DNA of 64,000 bases, from the NCBI RefSeq assembly GCF_988242995.1, contig NZ_OZ547043.1, one strand, 5' to 3'. Each line of letters starts with the position of its first letter. Position 1 is the first letter of the stretch. The position numbers and the translations under genes were made by a program. The notes below the pieces were generated by a model. The model did no database searches and was not told where the DNA came from. It saw only the letters and a list, made by a program, of their open reading frames with translations. Positions 35,136 to 45,684 of the stretch are shown piece after piece.

Positions 35136-35243
35136 TTACTTCCGCTTGTTCAGCCAGTTCATGATCATACTGGCAAGAATGCCAGCAATGACCGGAGCCG
35201 CTAAATCATGCCAGAAGGCCATGCCCAGTTCTGCGAGCGTCAT
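35136..35243 (-). CDS. ldrD: Ldr-family type I toxin, 35 aa (copy 2, LdrD-like)
   Basis: Last 35 codons of track ORF 35136..35378: MTLAELGMAFWHDLAAPVIAGILASMIMNWLNKRK. ATG at 35241-35243. Confidence 0.8.
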   Translation of the reverse strand: MTLAELGMAFWHDLAAPVIAGILASMIMNWLNKRK

Positions 35244-35291
35244 ATAGCCGCCTCTGTTGTAATGACAACGTTTCGCGGCTATTCTTGAGTG

Positions 35292-35357
35292 GTCTAGAGT
35301 CAAGATTAGCCCCCGTGGTGTTGTCAGGTGCATACCTGCAACGTGCGGGGGTTTTCT
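35292..35357 (+). ncRNA. rdlD: RdlD-like antisense RNA (copy 2); coordinates approximate
   Basis: ggtctagagtcaagattagcccccgtggtgttgtcaggtgcatacctgcaacgtgcgggggttttct: hairpin plus U-run, antisense to the ldr leader. Resembles RdlD as I recall it. Confidence 0.55.
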
Positions 35358-35718
35358 CTCTCCAGCGACCAATGCCACCAGGGATTAAGCCCCCGCAACA
35401 TTGCGCCTCACCGGAACCTTTCCGGCTTGCCGCTGATTCTACGACTGTTTTTTACCGTCAGCACCCGGCAATCTTCCTCATTGCGTGATGCCTTCCAGCT
35501 TAATTTCTTTATTTGCATTAGTTGCAGTTCATATCCGGGCTGACTCCAGACTGGTAGTGAAATGCGCAATTTTGTAGAATTGCGCCTCCTCGCGACCTCC
35601 CCAGTGAATCTGTTGCCTCATTTTTTACATACTGCGTATTCGACTTCTCCACCTGTTGCGCAAGAGAAACTGGGTTTATTCATTTTTGCGAGGCCGACTT
35701 CTTTCTGGACAGGACTTT

Positions 35719-36990
35719 ATGCAGCACAACACACTACCGAAACACGATCAGAAAATGCCGTTTACACGCTACGACTTCGGCTGGGTTTTATTATGCATAG
35801 GCATGGCGATTGGTGCCGGAACCGTGCTGATGCCAGTACAAATTGGCTTGAAGGGAATTTGGGTATTTATTACCGCAGCGATCATTGCTTATCCTGCCAC
35901 CTGGGTAGTGCAGGACATTTATTTAAAAACCCTTTCTGAAAGCGATTCCTGTAATGACTACACCGATATTATCAGTCATTACCTGGGGAAGAACTGGGGA
36001 ATTTTCCTCGGGGTTATCTACTTTTTGATGATTATCCACGGGATTTTTATCTACTCTCTCTCCGTGGTTTTCGACAGCGCCTCGTACCTGAAAACCTTCG
36101 GTTTAACCGATGCCGATCTTTCACAATCTCTACTTTATAAAGTCGCTATTTTCGCCGTACTGGTGGCGATTGCGTCTGGTGGTGAACGATTACTGTTTAA
36201 GATTTCCGGGCCAATGGTGGTGGTCAAAGTAGGGATTATTGTCGTGTTCGGTTTTGCGATGATCCCGCACTGGAATTTCGCCAATATAACCGCCTTCCCG
36301 CAAGCCTCCGTCTTTTTCCGCGATGTCCTGCTTACCATTCCATTTTGCTTCTTTTCTGCAGTATTTATTCAGGTACTAAACCCAATGAATATTGCCTATC
36401 GTAAACGGGAAGCGGATAAAGTACTGGCAACCCGGCTCGCGCTGCGTACCCACCGAATTAGTTATATCACGCTCATCGCGGTGATCCTGTTTTTTGCCTT
36501 TTCGTTTACCTTCTCAATTAGCCACGAAGAAGCCGTTTCTGCCTTTGAACAAAATATCTCGGCACTGGCACTGGCCGCGCAGGTGATCCCTGGGCATATC
36601 ATTCATATCACCTCTACGGTGCTGAATATCTTTGCCGTACTGACCGCATTCTTTGGCATTTATCTCGGTTTCCACGAGGCCATTAAAGGCATTATTCTCA
36701 ATCTGTTAAGCCGAATTATTGATACCAAGAAAATTAATTCACGCGTGCTGACTCTGGCGATCTGCGCTTTTATCGTCATTACGTTGACGATTTGGGTTTC
36801 GTTTCGTGTATCGGTGCTGGTGTTCTTTCAGTTGGGAAGCCCGTTATATGGCATTGTGTCGTGCCTCATTCCGTTTTTCCTGATCTATAAAGTCGCACAA
36901 CTGGAAAAACTTCGCGGATTTAAAGCCTGGCTGATTCTGCTTTACGGCATTTTGCTATGCTTGTCGCCACTGTTGAAGCTGATTGAGTAA
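35719..36990 (+). CDS. yhjV: Putative amino-acid permease (HAAAP family, SdaC/TdcC-like), 423 aa
   Basis: Track ORF 35656..36990; conserved start [34 protein letters not shown] (ATG at 35719). Confidence 0.9.
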   Translation: MQHNTLPKHDQKMPFTRYDFGWVLLCIGMAIGAGTVLMPVQIGLKGIWVFITAAIIAYPATWVVQDIYLKTLSESDSCNDYTDIISHYLGKNWGIFLGVIYFLMIIHGIFIYSLSVVFDSASYLKTFGLTDADLSQSLLYKVAIFAVLVAIASGGERLLFKISGPMVVVKVGIIVVFGFAMIPHWNFANITAFPQASVFFRDVLLTIPFCFFSAVFIQVLNPMNIAYRKREADKVLATRLALRTHRISYITLIAVILFFAFSFTFSISHEEAVSAFEQNISALALAAQVIPGHIIHITSTVLNIFAVLTAFFGIYLGFHEAIKGIILNLLSRIIDTKKINSRVLTLAICAFIVITLTIWVSFRVSVLVFFQLGSPLYGIVSCLIPFFLIYKVAQLEKLRGFKAWLILLYGILLCLSPLLKLIE

Positions 36991-37019
36991 ACCGGAGCGC
37001 ATGGCCCCGGTTTTGTGAG

Positions 37020-38024
37020 TTAACGCTGCGGATTTTCATCCTGATCAACAGCAAAACAAGCTACCAGTTGACCGCCGTAGTCTTTTAGCTGCGGCTGCAA
37101 CTGGGTGCAGGGGCCGAAGTGCCGACGACAGCGGGCGTTAAACGCGCAGCCCGGCGGTGGATTGAGCGGGCTTGGCAGTTCACCGGTGAGCTTGATGCGC
37201 TCGCGGCGATCGTCCGGGTTCAGGCGCGGCGTCGCGGAGAGTAGCGCCTGAGTGTACGGATGACGCGGGTTATTGAAGATTTGGTCCTTCGTTCCCTTCT
37301 CCACGCAGCGGCCCAGGTACATCACCATCACTTCATCGGCAATGTGCTCAACCACTGACAGGTCGTGCGAGATAAAGACATAAGACAGCCCCAACTCCTG
37401 CTGCAAATCCATCATCAGATTCAGCACCTGCGCACGCACTGAAACGTCCAGCGCGGAAACCGGTTCATCGGCAATCACCACATCCGGGTCGAGCATCAGA
37501 CCACGGGCAATGGCGATACGCTGACGCTGACCGCCGGAGAACATATGCGGATAGCGGTCATAATGTTCGGTTTTCAGGCCGACTTTCGCCATCATCGACA
37601 GGGCTTTTTCCCGACGCTGTTCTTTGCTTAAGCTGGTATTAATCAGCAGCGGCTCCTCAAGAATTTGCCCGACTTTTTTACGTGGATTCAGCGAACCGTA
37701 AGGGTTCTGGAAGACAATCTGGATTTTCTGCCGACGCAGCTTCTGCGCCTGCGGATCGTGCTTGAGCAGATCCTGCCCCTGGTAATACAGCTCACCGCCG
37801 GTGGGCGTTTCGATCATCGTAAGCAACCGACCGAGGGTAGATTTACCGCAGCCGGATTCACCTACTACCGCCAGCGTTTTGCCACGTTCAAGGTTAAACG
37901 AAACGCCATCCAGCGCCTTCACCAGACGTTCCGGAGCGAACATACCTTTCTTCACCGGATAATGTTTTTTCAGGTCGATAGCCTGCAACAGCGGTTGTTG
38001 CGAGGTGGCCTCATGCGTACTCAT
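37020..38024 (-). CDS. dppF: Dipeptide ABC transporter ATP-binding protein DppF, 334 aa
   Basis: Track [32 protein letters not shown]...; Walker [13 protein letters not shown] signature LSGGQRQR. Confidence 0.96.
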   Translation of the reverse strand: MSTHEATSQQPLLQAIDLKKHYPVKKGMFAPERLVKALDGVSFNLERGKTLAVVGESGCGKSTLGRLLTMIETPTGGELYYQGQDLLKHDPQAQKLRRQKIQIVFQNPYGSLNPRKKVGQILEEPLLINTSLSKEQRREKALSMMAKVGLKTEHYDRYPHMFSGGQRQRIAIARGLMLDPDVVIADEPVSALDVSVRAQVLNLMMDLQQELGLSYVFISHDLSVVEHIADEVMVMYLGRCVEKGTKDQIFNNPRHPYTQALLSATPRLNPDDRRERIKLTGELPSPLNPPPGCAFNARCRRHFGPCTQLQPQLKDYGGQLVACFAVDQDENPQR

Positions 38025-39004
38025 AGTGTCGGCCTCCCGGCATCATCAAGTGGGTAATGGCATTTGGACTGACGCCCGTCAGAGAGCATATTCAGCGCCG
38101 GTTCTTCAGCGCGACATCTGTCAGTGGCATAGGGGCAGCGCGGGTTAAGCAGGCAGCCGTTCGGGCGGTCGTACTTACCGGGAACGACACCTGGCAACGA
38201 CGCCAGACGTTCTTTGTCCTGAGCAAATTCCGGCAGCGCACGCAGCAATGCCTGAGTATACGGGTGACGCGGCGCATGGAAGATAGCGTGCGCATCGCCC
38301 GTTTCTACTACCTGGCCTGCATACATCACGATGATTTTATGTGCCGCTTCCGCCACCAGTGCCAGGTCATGAGTGATCAACACCAGCGCCATGTTCTCTT
38401 TCTGCTGTAGCTCCAGCAGTAGTTCAATGATTTGCGCCTGAATGGTCACGTCCAGCGCAGTGGTTGGTTCATCGGCAATCAGCAGCTTTGGCCGACAGGC
38501 AATCGCCATGGCGATCATCACGCGCTGGCTCATGCCGCCGGAAAGCTGATGCGGGTAAACATCCAGACGCGATGCCGGATCGGGAATACCGACCTGATTC
38601 AGCAGGTCAATCGCTCGCTGACGGCGGGTACTTTTGTTGCCGCCCTGATGCACCTTTATCGCTTCCATAATCTGGAAACCCACGGTGTAGCACGGGTTAA
38701 GGCTGGTCATCGGGTCCTGGAAGATCATTGCCACTTCGGCACCCACCAGGTTGCGGCGCTCTTTTTCTGAGATACGCTGTAAATCCTGACCGTTAAACTC
38801 CAGCTTTTCCGCCATTACGCGGCCCGGATAATCAATCAGCCCCATAATCGCCAGCGAACTGACCGATTTACCAGAGCCGGACTCACCCACAATCCCGACC
38901 ACTTCGCCCTGTTTTACGCTGTAGCTGATGCGGTCTACGGCGCGGAACGGTGCGCTTTCGTCGCCGAAATGCACCGATAATTTATCTACATTTAATAACG
39001 CCAT
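38021..39004 (-). CDS. dppD: Dipeptide ABC transporter ATP-binding protein DppD, 327 aa
   Basis: Track [33 protein letters not shown]...; Walker A GESGSGKS; 4-bp overlap with dppF. Confidence 0.96.
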   Translation of the reverse strand: MALLNVDKLSVHFGDESAPFRAVDRISYSVKQGEVVGIVGESGSGKSVSSLAIMGLIDYPGRVMAEKLEFNGQDLQRISEKERRNLVGAEVAMIFQDPMTSLNPCYTVGFQIMEAIKVHQGGNKSTRRQRAIDLLNQVGIPDPASRLDVYPHQLSGGMSQRVMIAMAIACRPKLLIADEPTTALDVTIQAQIIELLLELQQKENMALVLITHDLALVAEAAHKIIVMYAGQVVETGDAHAIFHAPRHPYTQALLRALPEFAQDKERLASLPGVVPGKYDRPNGCLLNPRCPYATDRCRAEEPALNMLSDGRQSKCHYPLDDAGRPTL

Positions 39005-39014
39005 CTCGAACCTC

Positions 39015-39917
39015 TTACTGCTTCAGTTTGGGATCGAGCGCGTCACGCAGACCGTCACCCATCAGGTTAAATGCCAGCACCGTCAGCAGGATCGCCAGAC
39101 CCGGGAAGGTCACGACCCACCAGGCGCTTTGCGCGAACTGCAACACATCGGAGAGCATGGTGCCCCACTCCGGCGTTGGCGGCTGCGCCCCCATGCCGAG
39201 GAAACCAAGAGCAGCCATATCGAGAATGGCGTTAGAGAAACCGAGCGACGCCTGAACAATCAGAGGCGCAAGGCAGTTCGGGAAGATGTTAATAAACATC
39301 TGACGCATCGCCCCGGCACCTGCCACGCGAGACGCGGTAACGTAATCGCGATTCACCTCCACCAGCACGGCGGCGCGTGTTAAGCGCACATAGTGCGGCA
39401 AGGCAACGAAGGTCAGCGCCAGCGCGGCGTTACCAATCGACGGGCCGAAAATCGCCACCAGCACCAGTGCCAACAGCAGACTTGGCAGCGCCAGCATGAT
39501 ATCGACCACGCGCATGATGATGTTATCGACCAGGCCGCCGAAGTAACCGGCGATCAGGCCGAGAATAACGCCCATAATCAGCGATAACACAACTACCAGA
39601 CAGCCAACCAGCAGTGACAATCGCGCACCGTACATCAGACGCGACAGCACATCACGGCCTACGTCATCGGTGCCCAGCAAGTGCGCCATGCTGCCGCCTT
39701 CCTGCCAGGCTGGCGGGGCGAGCAGTGCATCGCGGAACTGTTCCGCCGGGTTATAGGGTGCAATCCAGTTGGCAAAGATCGCGATAAACAGCACGATGAC
39801 GACGTAAACCAGCCCGACGACCGCGCCTTTGTTGCGTTTAAAATAGTGCCAGAACTCCTGTAACGGGGTCATCGGCACCGGTGCGCTAATCACTTTATTT
39901 TCAGTAACCTGTGACAT
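39015..39917 (-). CDS. dppC: Dipeptide ABC transporter permease DppC, 300 aa
   Basis: Track [40 protein letters not shown]... Confidence 0.96.
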   Translation of the reverse strand: MSQVTENKVISAPVPMTPLQEFWHYFKRNKGAVVGLVYVVIVLFIAIFANWIAPYNPAEQFRDALLAPPAWQEGGSMAHLLGTDDVGRDVLSRLMYGARLSLLVGCLVVVLSLIMGVILGLIAGYFGGLVDNIIMRVVDIMLALPSLLLALVLVAIFGPSIGNAALALTFVALPHYVRLTRAAVLVEVNRDYVTASRVAGAGAMRQMFINIFPNCLAPLIVQASLGFSNAILDMAALGFLGMGAQPPTPEWGTMLSDVLQFAQSAWWVVTFPGLAILLTVLAFNLMGDGLRDALDPKLKQ

Positions 39918-39926
39918 GATGTCCCC

Positions 39927-40946
39927 TTACTTCTTATGACGAATACGCGGGTTCACCACGCCGTACAGCAGATCGACCAGCAAGTTGACGAGGATAATCA
40001 TCGTCGCCACCAGCAATACGCCGCCCTGCACTACCGGATAGTCGCGGCGTTGCAGTGCGTCAATCAACCAGCGCCCCAGACCGGGCCACGAGAAGATGGT
40101 TTCGGTCAGAATCGCCCCCGCCAGCAATGTTCCCACCTGGAGGCCGATAACGGTCACTACCGGCAGCATCGCGTTACGCAGCGCATGGACGATAATCACC
40201 CGCATGCGGGTCAACCCTTTGGCGCGCGCGGTGCGGATATAATCTTCACCCAGCACTTCCAGCATCGAGGAGCGTGTCATACGCACAATGACCGCCAGCG
40301 GGATAGTACCCAGCACAATGGCGGGCAAGATCATATGGGCGACGGCATCGATAAAGTTACCGTCTTCACCCCAGATGGCGGTGTCGATCAGCATAAAACC
40401 GGTTAACGGATTGGAATCATCGAGGAACACCATGTCGCTCACGCGACCGGAGACGGGCGTCAGGTTCCAGTGCACCGAAACCAGCATGATCAGCATCATG
40501 CCCCACCAGAAGATCGGCATTGAATAACCTGTCAGCGCCAGGCCAACCGCCGTGTGATCGAAAATGGAACCGCGTTTAACCGCAGCCAGCACACCAACCG
40601 GAATACCGACTGCCGTAGCAAAAATCATCGCGCAGACGCCAAGTTCCAGCGTGGCCTGAAAGCGCGGCACGAACTCTTCCCATACCGGGATGCGGCTTTT
40701 CATCGAAATGCCTAAATCGCCGTGCATTACGCCCCAAATGTAATGGAGATACTGCTGCCACATCGGTTTATCTAAGCCGAGTTCAGCCAGCAGCTGCGCG
40801 TGACGCTCTGGGGAGATCCCACGCTCGCCCGCCATGATCATCACCGGATCGCCCGGGATCATGTGGACAAAGGCAAATGTGAGAAGGGTAATACCGATAA
40901 ACGTGGGGATGACGAGTCCCAAACGTCGGAGAATAAACTGCAACAT
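39927..40946 (-). CDS. dppB: Dipeptide ABC transporter permease DppB, 339 aa
   Basis: Track ORF 39927..41072 (381 aa); conserved start MLQFILRRLGLVIPTFIGITLLTFAFVHMIPGDP at codon 43 (ATG at 40944-40946). Confidence 0.95.
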   Translation of the reverse strand: MLQFILRRLGLVIPTFIGITLLTFAFVHMIPGDPVMIMAGERGISPERHAQLLAELGLDKPMWQQYLHYIWGVMHGDLGISMKSRIPVWEEFVPRFQATLELGVCAMIFATAVGIPVGVLAAVKRGSIFDHTAVGLALTGYSMPIFWWGMMLIMLVSVHWNLTPVSGRVSDMVFLDDSNPLTGFMLIDTAIWGEDGNFIDAVAHMILPAIVLGTIPLAVIVRMTRSSMLEVLGEDYIRTARAKGLTRMRVIIVHALRNAMLPVVTVIGLQVGTLLAGAILTETIFSWPGLGRWLIDALQRRDYPVVQGGVLLVATMIILVNLLVDLLYGVVNPRIRHKK

Positions 40947-41096
40947 AACCCGGATTCTCTGTAGTGACCCGCAGCCTGGAACTGCGTGTCTGTATTGCTC
41001 ACAAATCAATTCCCGCCCAGGTTGGGCAGGGAATGAAGTATTGCTGCCGGATGGCGCTGCACGCAGAGGCACAGCGCCACCGGGTATGGCTTTTAA

Positions 41097-42704
41097 TTAT
41101 TCGATAGAGACGTTTTCGAAGTGATGTTTGCCTAATGGATCAACCACATAGCCTTTAACTTCTTTGCGTACCGGTTCAAACACGGTGGAGTGAGCGATGA
41201 TCAGTGCCGGAGCCTGATCGTGCATCACCACCTGTGCTTGTTTGTACAGTTCAACGCGCTTGTTGTGGTCGTCGGTGGCACGCGCCGGTTGAATCAGATC
41301 TTCAAACGGTTTGTAGCACCATTTTGAGTAGTTGGAGCCTTGTTCAGAGGCGGCGCAGCTGAACAGGGTGGCGAAGAAGTTATCCGGATCCCCGTTATCG
41401 CCAGTCCAGCCCATCATTACCGTCTGGTGCTCGCCATCTTTCGCACGCTTGAGGTACTCACCCCATTCGTAGGTGACAATTTTGGCCTGCACGCCGACTT
41501 TCGCCCAGTCTGCCTGAATCATCTCTGCCATGCGGCGAGCGTTCGGGTTATACGGACGTTGTACCGGCATTGCCCACAGGTCGATGGAGAAGCCTTTTTC
41601 CAGGCCCGCTTCTTTCAGCAAGGCTTTCGCTTTTTCGGGATCGTAGGTGTAGTCCTGAACGTCGTCGTTATAGCCCCACATGGTTGGCGGGATCAGGTTT
41701 TTCGCTGCCACGCCCGCGCCCTGATAAACCGCTTTGATGATAGCGTCTTTGTTCACCGCGTAGGTCAGAGCCTGGCGAACTTTCACGTCATCAAGTGGTT
41801 TTTTCTGCACGTTATATGAAAGATAGCCGACGTTAAGCCCCGGCATTTCCATCAGGTTGATGGATTTATCCTGCTTCATGCGAGCGATGTCTGCCGGGTT
41901 CGGGTACGGCATCACCTGGCATTCATTCTTCTGCAATTTCGCGTAACGCACGGAAGCATCAGGGGTAATAGAGAAGACCAGCGTATCGATCTGCGGTTTG
42001 GTGCCCCAGTAGCCATCAAACGCTTTGTAGCGGATACGGGAATCTTTTTGATACTGCTGTAACTGGAACGGACCGGTGCCGATTGGGTTGAGGTCCAGTT
42101 TTTCCGGCGTACCGGCTTTCATCATCGCGTCAGCATATTCTTTTGACAGAATAGAGGCGAAGTCCATTGCCAGATCCGCGAGGAACGGCGCTTCCGGGCG
42201 AGTCAGCACGAACTGAACGGTGTTATCGTCCACCTTTTTCACTTCGCTGATCAGCTCCGGCAAGCCCATGCCTTCGAAGTATTCGTAGCTGCCGCCAGAG
42301 ACTTTATGGTACGGGTTTTGCGCGTTTTTCTGACGATCGAACGAGAACACCACGTCATCGGCGTTCAGTTCGCGCGTCGGTTTGAATTCTTTGTTGTCGT
42401 GCCACTTCACACCTTTACGCAGATGGAAGGTATAGGTTTTTCCGTCTTCGCTGACTTCCCACTTTTCAGCGAGGCCCGGGATTACTTCGGTGGTGCCGAT
42501 TTTAAATTCAACCAGGCGGTTATAAAGCGGCACGGAAGAGGCGTCATAGGTGGTACCGGAGGTAAACAGCTGCGGGTTAAACCCTTCCGGAGATCCTTCT
42601 GAGCAATAAACCAGAGTTTTAGCCTGAACACTTGCTGCGACGGTCATAGCCACCAGGCTGAGACCAAGCTTCAGCATCCCTGACTTTTTCAAGGAAATAC
42701 GCAT
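41097..42704 (-). CDS. dppA: Periplasmic dipeptide-binding protein DppA, 535 aa
   Basis: Track ORF MRISLKKSGMLKLGLSLVAMTVAASVQAKTLVYCSEGSPEGFNPQLF... with signal peptide. Confidence 0.96.
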   Translation of the reverse strand: MRISLKKSGMLKLGLSLVAMTVAASVQAKTLVYCSEGSPEGFNPQLFTSGTTYDASSVPLYNRLVEFKIGTTEVIPGLAEKWEVSEDGKTYTFHLRKGVKWHDNKEFKPTRELNADDVVFSFDRQKNAQNPYHKVSGGSYEYFEGMGLPELISEVKKVDDNTVQFVLTRPEAPFLADLAMDFASILSKEYADAMMKAGTPEKLDLNPIGTGPFQLQQYQKDSRIRYKAFDGYWGTKPQIDTLVFSITPDASVRYAKLQKNECQVMPYPNPADIARMKQDKSINLMEMPGLNVGYLSYNVQKKPLDDVKVRQALTYAVNKDAIIKAVYQGAGVAAKNLIPPTMWGYNDDVQDYTYDPEKAKALLKEAGLEKGFSIDLWAMPVQRPYNPNARRMAEMIQADWAKVGVQAKIVTYEWGEYLKRAKDGEHQTVMMGWTGDNGDPDNFFATLFSCAASEQGSNYSKWCYKPFEDLIQPARATDDHNKRVELYKQAQVVMHDQAPALIIAHSTVFEPVRKEVKGYVVDPLGKHHFENVSIE

Positions 42705-43467
42705 TATTCTGCTCCAATTGTGATGTTTGTTGTTTTAACCCTTTGCAGTGGGTTGTCGCTGCCTGACCTTTTTTGTTTTTTGCCCGGTCGGGTCAACGTT
42801 ATGAGGTGGGGATGCCGTACTAATTAACATCAGTGTAACAGTGCGGATCCTCCATAAAATGCCCCTCGTGACCTACAATCTGTCAACAGAATGTGAAAAC
42901 GTCAATACAGCCAACCGGGATTTACACCAACGGTGAGAATCCACAAACAAAGATTAAAAAAACTTCAAACAGCTATTTGCAGCAGAGAAATTTGTGCTAC
43001 TCCAACATGACCAGAACAATCAGCTTAATATTTAGCAACAATTGGTGATTAAGTTTTATGCATTTAGTGAAAAAAATCTGAGGAAAAGGTGGATATCTGA
43101 GCGATTAATACCATGAACGCTAAAACGCACAGGGGAAAATGCCAGCGCCAGCCATAAGTAACGCAAAAAAAGATTTAAGCAAATATAAAAAAAGACAATG
43201 GTTTCTGTCACAAATCCGTTAATGGATAGTGAGATATGGGGCGCAAATTTGGCAGGGAAATATGTGGTGTGTTGCCGTTTAGATCGGATAAGACGGATAC
43301 GCTGTATCCCACAATGAGTGCGGTGCCGAATTTGGTCGGTGCCAGAGGATTACTCGCCACTTCGTGGCTCGCCCTGCGGGCCGTTGCTGGCGCAACGTTC
43401 TCTCGCTTCGCTCGAGTCGAACCTCCCTGCCCCCGGAGGTTCTCATCCTCTTCAGGCCGCAGAAAGC

Positions 43468-43495
43468 AAAAAAACCAGCCCGTAGGCTGGTTTTT
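43468..43495 (-). terminator. Intrinsic terminator downstream of proK
   Basis: aaaaaaccagcccgtaggctggttttt: perfect ccagcc/ggctgg stem with U-run on the proK (minus) strand. Confidence 0.7.
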
Positions 43496-43501
43496 CTAAA
43501 T

Positions 43502-43578
<77 letters not shown>

Positions 43579-43669
43579 AATGCGGGGCGCATCTTACTGC
43601 GCAGATACGCCCTCGTCAATCCCTTAATAGCAAAATGCCTTTTGATCGGCGAGAAAGTCAGCAGGCCTC

Positions 43670-45361
43670 TTAGTTAGCCGCTGCCTCTTTTGCCTGCGGG
43701 ATGTGACACCAGTTGTTGTTTTCGTTAATTCCACCATCAGGTGAAGTATAGCCAAGACACCCCATGATGGTGTCGTACAGCTCTACGTGACGGCGTGACA
43801 CTTTCATGTCGGCTTCTTTTTTCAGCTGCGCAAATGCCTGCGCATTGGCCGGATTTTCCAGATATTTATCCGACATCCAGACCATCATCGGCACACGGAA
43901 CTGTTCCGGCGGTGCCAGTTCACGCGGCGTGCCGTGCAGGTGCTCGCGTTCATTAATTGACTCACCGTGGTCAGCTGCGTAGAACACAATCGCTTTCTTA
44001 TCGCGAACCTGATCAATCACGCTGGAGATAAAGTGATCCACATAGGTCACCGAGTTGTCATAGGAGTTGATCATCTGCGCTTTGGTACAGCCGCTATCAA
44101 CACCAATACATTCCGGCTTCCACTGCGCAAAGCTGCGCGGGTAACGCTGGGTGTAGTTAAAGTGTGAGCCTTTGGTATGCAGAATGATCAGATGCTTACC
44201 ATCCGGGTTGCGCCCCAGCGATTGCTGCATTTCGTCTACCAGCAACATATCATCTACCGGCTTGCCACGGTTACGTGGCTCCGCACCAATCTGCTCACGA
44301 TAAGCAATGTTGTCCGCCATCGTATTGCTGTAGAACCACATTTCGCTTTGCATAGCGTAGAGATCAGAACTGAATCCTAACTGCTTCAATACCGCGAAAA
44401 TGTTCTGTTCTTTTAATGTGCGCTGCGGATTATCTTCTGCTCCACCCTGACGTACAAACATGCAACGCAGTGAGAGTTTGGTTGCGGTATCACAGGAGTA
44501 ACCACGGAACGCCGCCAGATTTTTCTCCTGGGCCAGCTTCGGCGTGGTATTACGCTCATAGCCAAAAATGCCCATATGGTCCCAACGCGTGGTTTCACCG
44601 ATGATAAACACGACATAAGTGTCATCAACGTTTTGCGGTGCCTGATAAGTGAATTTCTTCGCCGGATTAAGCAATGAATTATTATCGGAAGATTCATCGA
44701 CCCGCGCCCAGGCATACAGCCCCAACGCAGAAAGCCAGTTTGATGGCAGATAAGAGTTCGCTACGACACCGCCATAACTCGGCAAATCAACGCCGGTCGC
44801 CCTCTCCACTTTCTTCTGCTGGATATCCAGCAAACGAATCGGTGCCCAAACCATAATACCCGCCAGTACGACGACCGCCAGGCTGCGAATACGCTGCCCT
44901 GGGGTTCGCAGTTGTCGGAGCAAGGTGTAGCGACAGCGGTTATTCCAGATAAGGATAAGAGGCAATGCACTAACGGCGATTAACCAGAGAATAAAGTTCA
45001 GACCAACAACTTCTTTTGACAGGTCGATATCGGTGGTCATGACGGAAGCGATGATGCCATAACCAATGACCACATTAAGGAAGGTCATGTAATAGCTGGC
45101 ACCGGCGGAAAAGAGCACCACCAGCGATGCCAGAATACGCCAACTGCGGCGGCCAAACAGCGAAAGAAGACGTAGTAAAAAGAAGGTCACCAGTACGGTG
45201 GCAGCCAGTTCAACAACAGCAGAAATGCCTTTCCAGACGGTAAAATCGTGCGCATAGCTGCCGAAGCGGCGGTAAAAAACCGCGCCATTCATAAAAAGGC
45301 CAATATAGATTGCAAGCAAAAAGCTCAGCTTCTGCTGTGTAATCGATTTGATGTATCTCAT
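43670..45361 (-). CDS. eptB: Kdo2-lipid A phosphoethanolamine transferase EptB, 563 aa
   Basis: Track ORF 43670..45394; conserved start [34 protein letters not shown] at codon 12 (ATG at 45359-45361). Confidence 0.93.
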   Translation of the reverse strand: MRYIKSITQQKLSFLLAIYIGLFMNGAVFYRRFGSYAHDFTVWKGISAVVELAATVLVTFFLLRLLSLFGRRSWRILASLVVLFSAGASYYMTFLNVVIGYGIIASVMTTDIDLSKEVVGLNFILWLIAVSALPLILIWNNRCRYTLLRQLRTPGQRIRSLAVVVLAGIMVWAPIRLLDIQQKKVERATGVDLPSYGGVVANSYLPSNWLSALGLYAWARVDESSDNNSLLNPAKKFTYQAPQNVDDTYVVFIIGETTRWDHMGIFGYERNTTPKLAQEKNLAAFRGYSCDTATKLSLRCMFVRQGGAEDNPQRTLKEQNIFAVLKQLGFSSDLYAMQSEMWFYSNTMADNIAYREQIGAEPRNRGKPVDDMLLVDEMQQSLGRNPDGKHLIILHTKGSHFNYTQRYPRSFAQWKPECIGVDSGCTKAQMINSYDNSVTYVDHFISSVIDQVRDKKAIVFYAADHGESINEREHLHGTPRELAPPEQFRVPMMVWMSDKYLENPANAQAFAQLKKEADMKVSRRHVELYDTIMGCLGYTSPDGGINENNNWCHIPQAKEAAAN

Positions 45362-45684
45362 GCAAACAAACCCTGGACAAACAGGTGATAACACCCTGCT
45401 TAACGGCTTTTCAGGCCCGGCAGGGGAAAAGTGCGGAGGTAGTCAGATAAGTAAAATCTACACGCGCGAATAAGTAGACCACAGCAAAGGGAAAAAGTGT
45501 GGGGAAAGAGTGTGCACGAAGCACAAATTTACAAAAATGCAAGTTTGAAAAGAGACTTTAGCGTTACAAAAAGCAGTAAAAAGGGCCAGTTAACTGGCCC
45601 AAATTTTACGCGTCATTGTTTATACATTGCGTTGAAGCGTTTGATTCACACTAAGGCTAAAGCCCAGTAGCTCGCGGCAGATGA

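Larger units (their letters stand above)
35053..35460. repeat. LDR unit, copy 2 (closest to K-12 LDR-D)
   Basis: Second copy of the repeat; homology with copy 1 ends after ctgattctacgactgttttt. The right boundary is approximate. Confidence 0.8.

Noticed and set aside
34725-35543. Track ORFs inside the LDR units (34725..35120, 34802..35131, 35285..35488, 35328..35543) and the 80-aa extended Ldr frames
   Set aside because: The Ldr toxin is the 35-codon C-terminal part only. The plus-strand frames coincide with the Rdl antisense RNA region and repeat sequence and are not independently supported.
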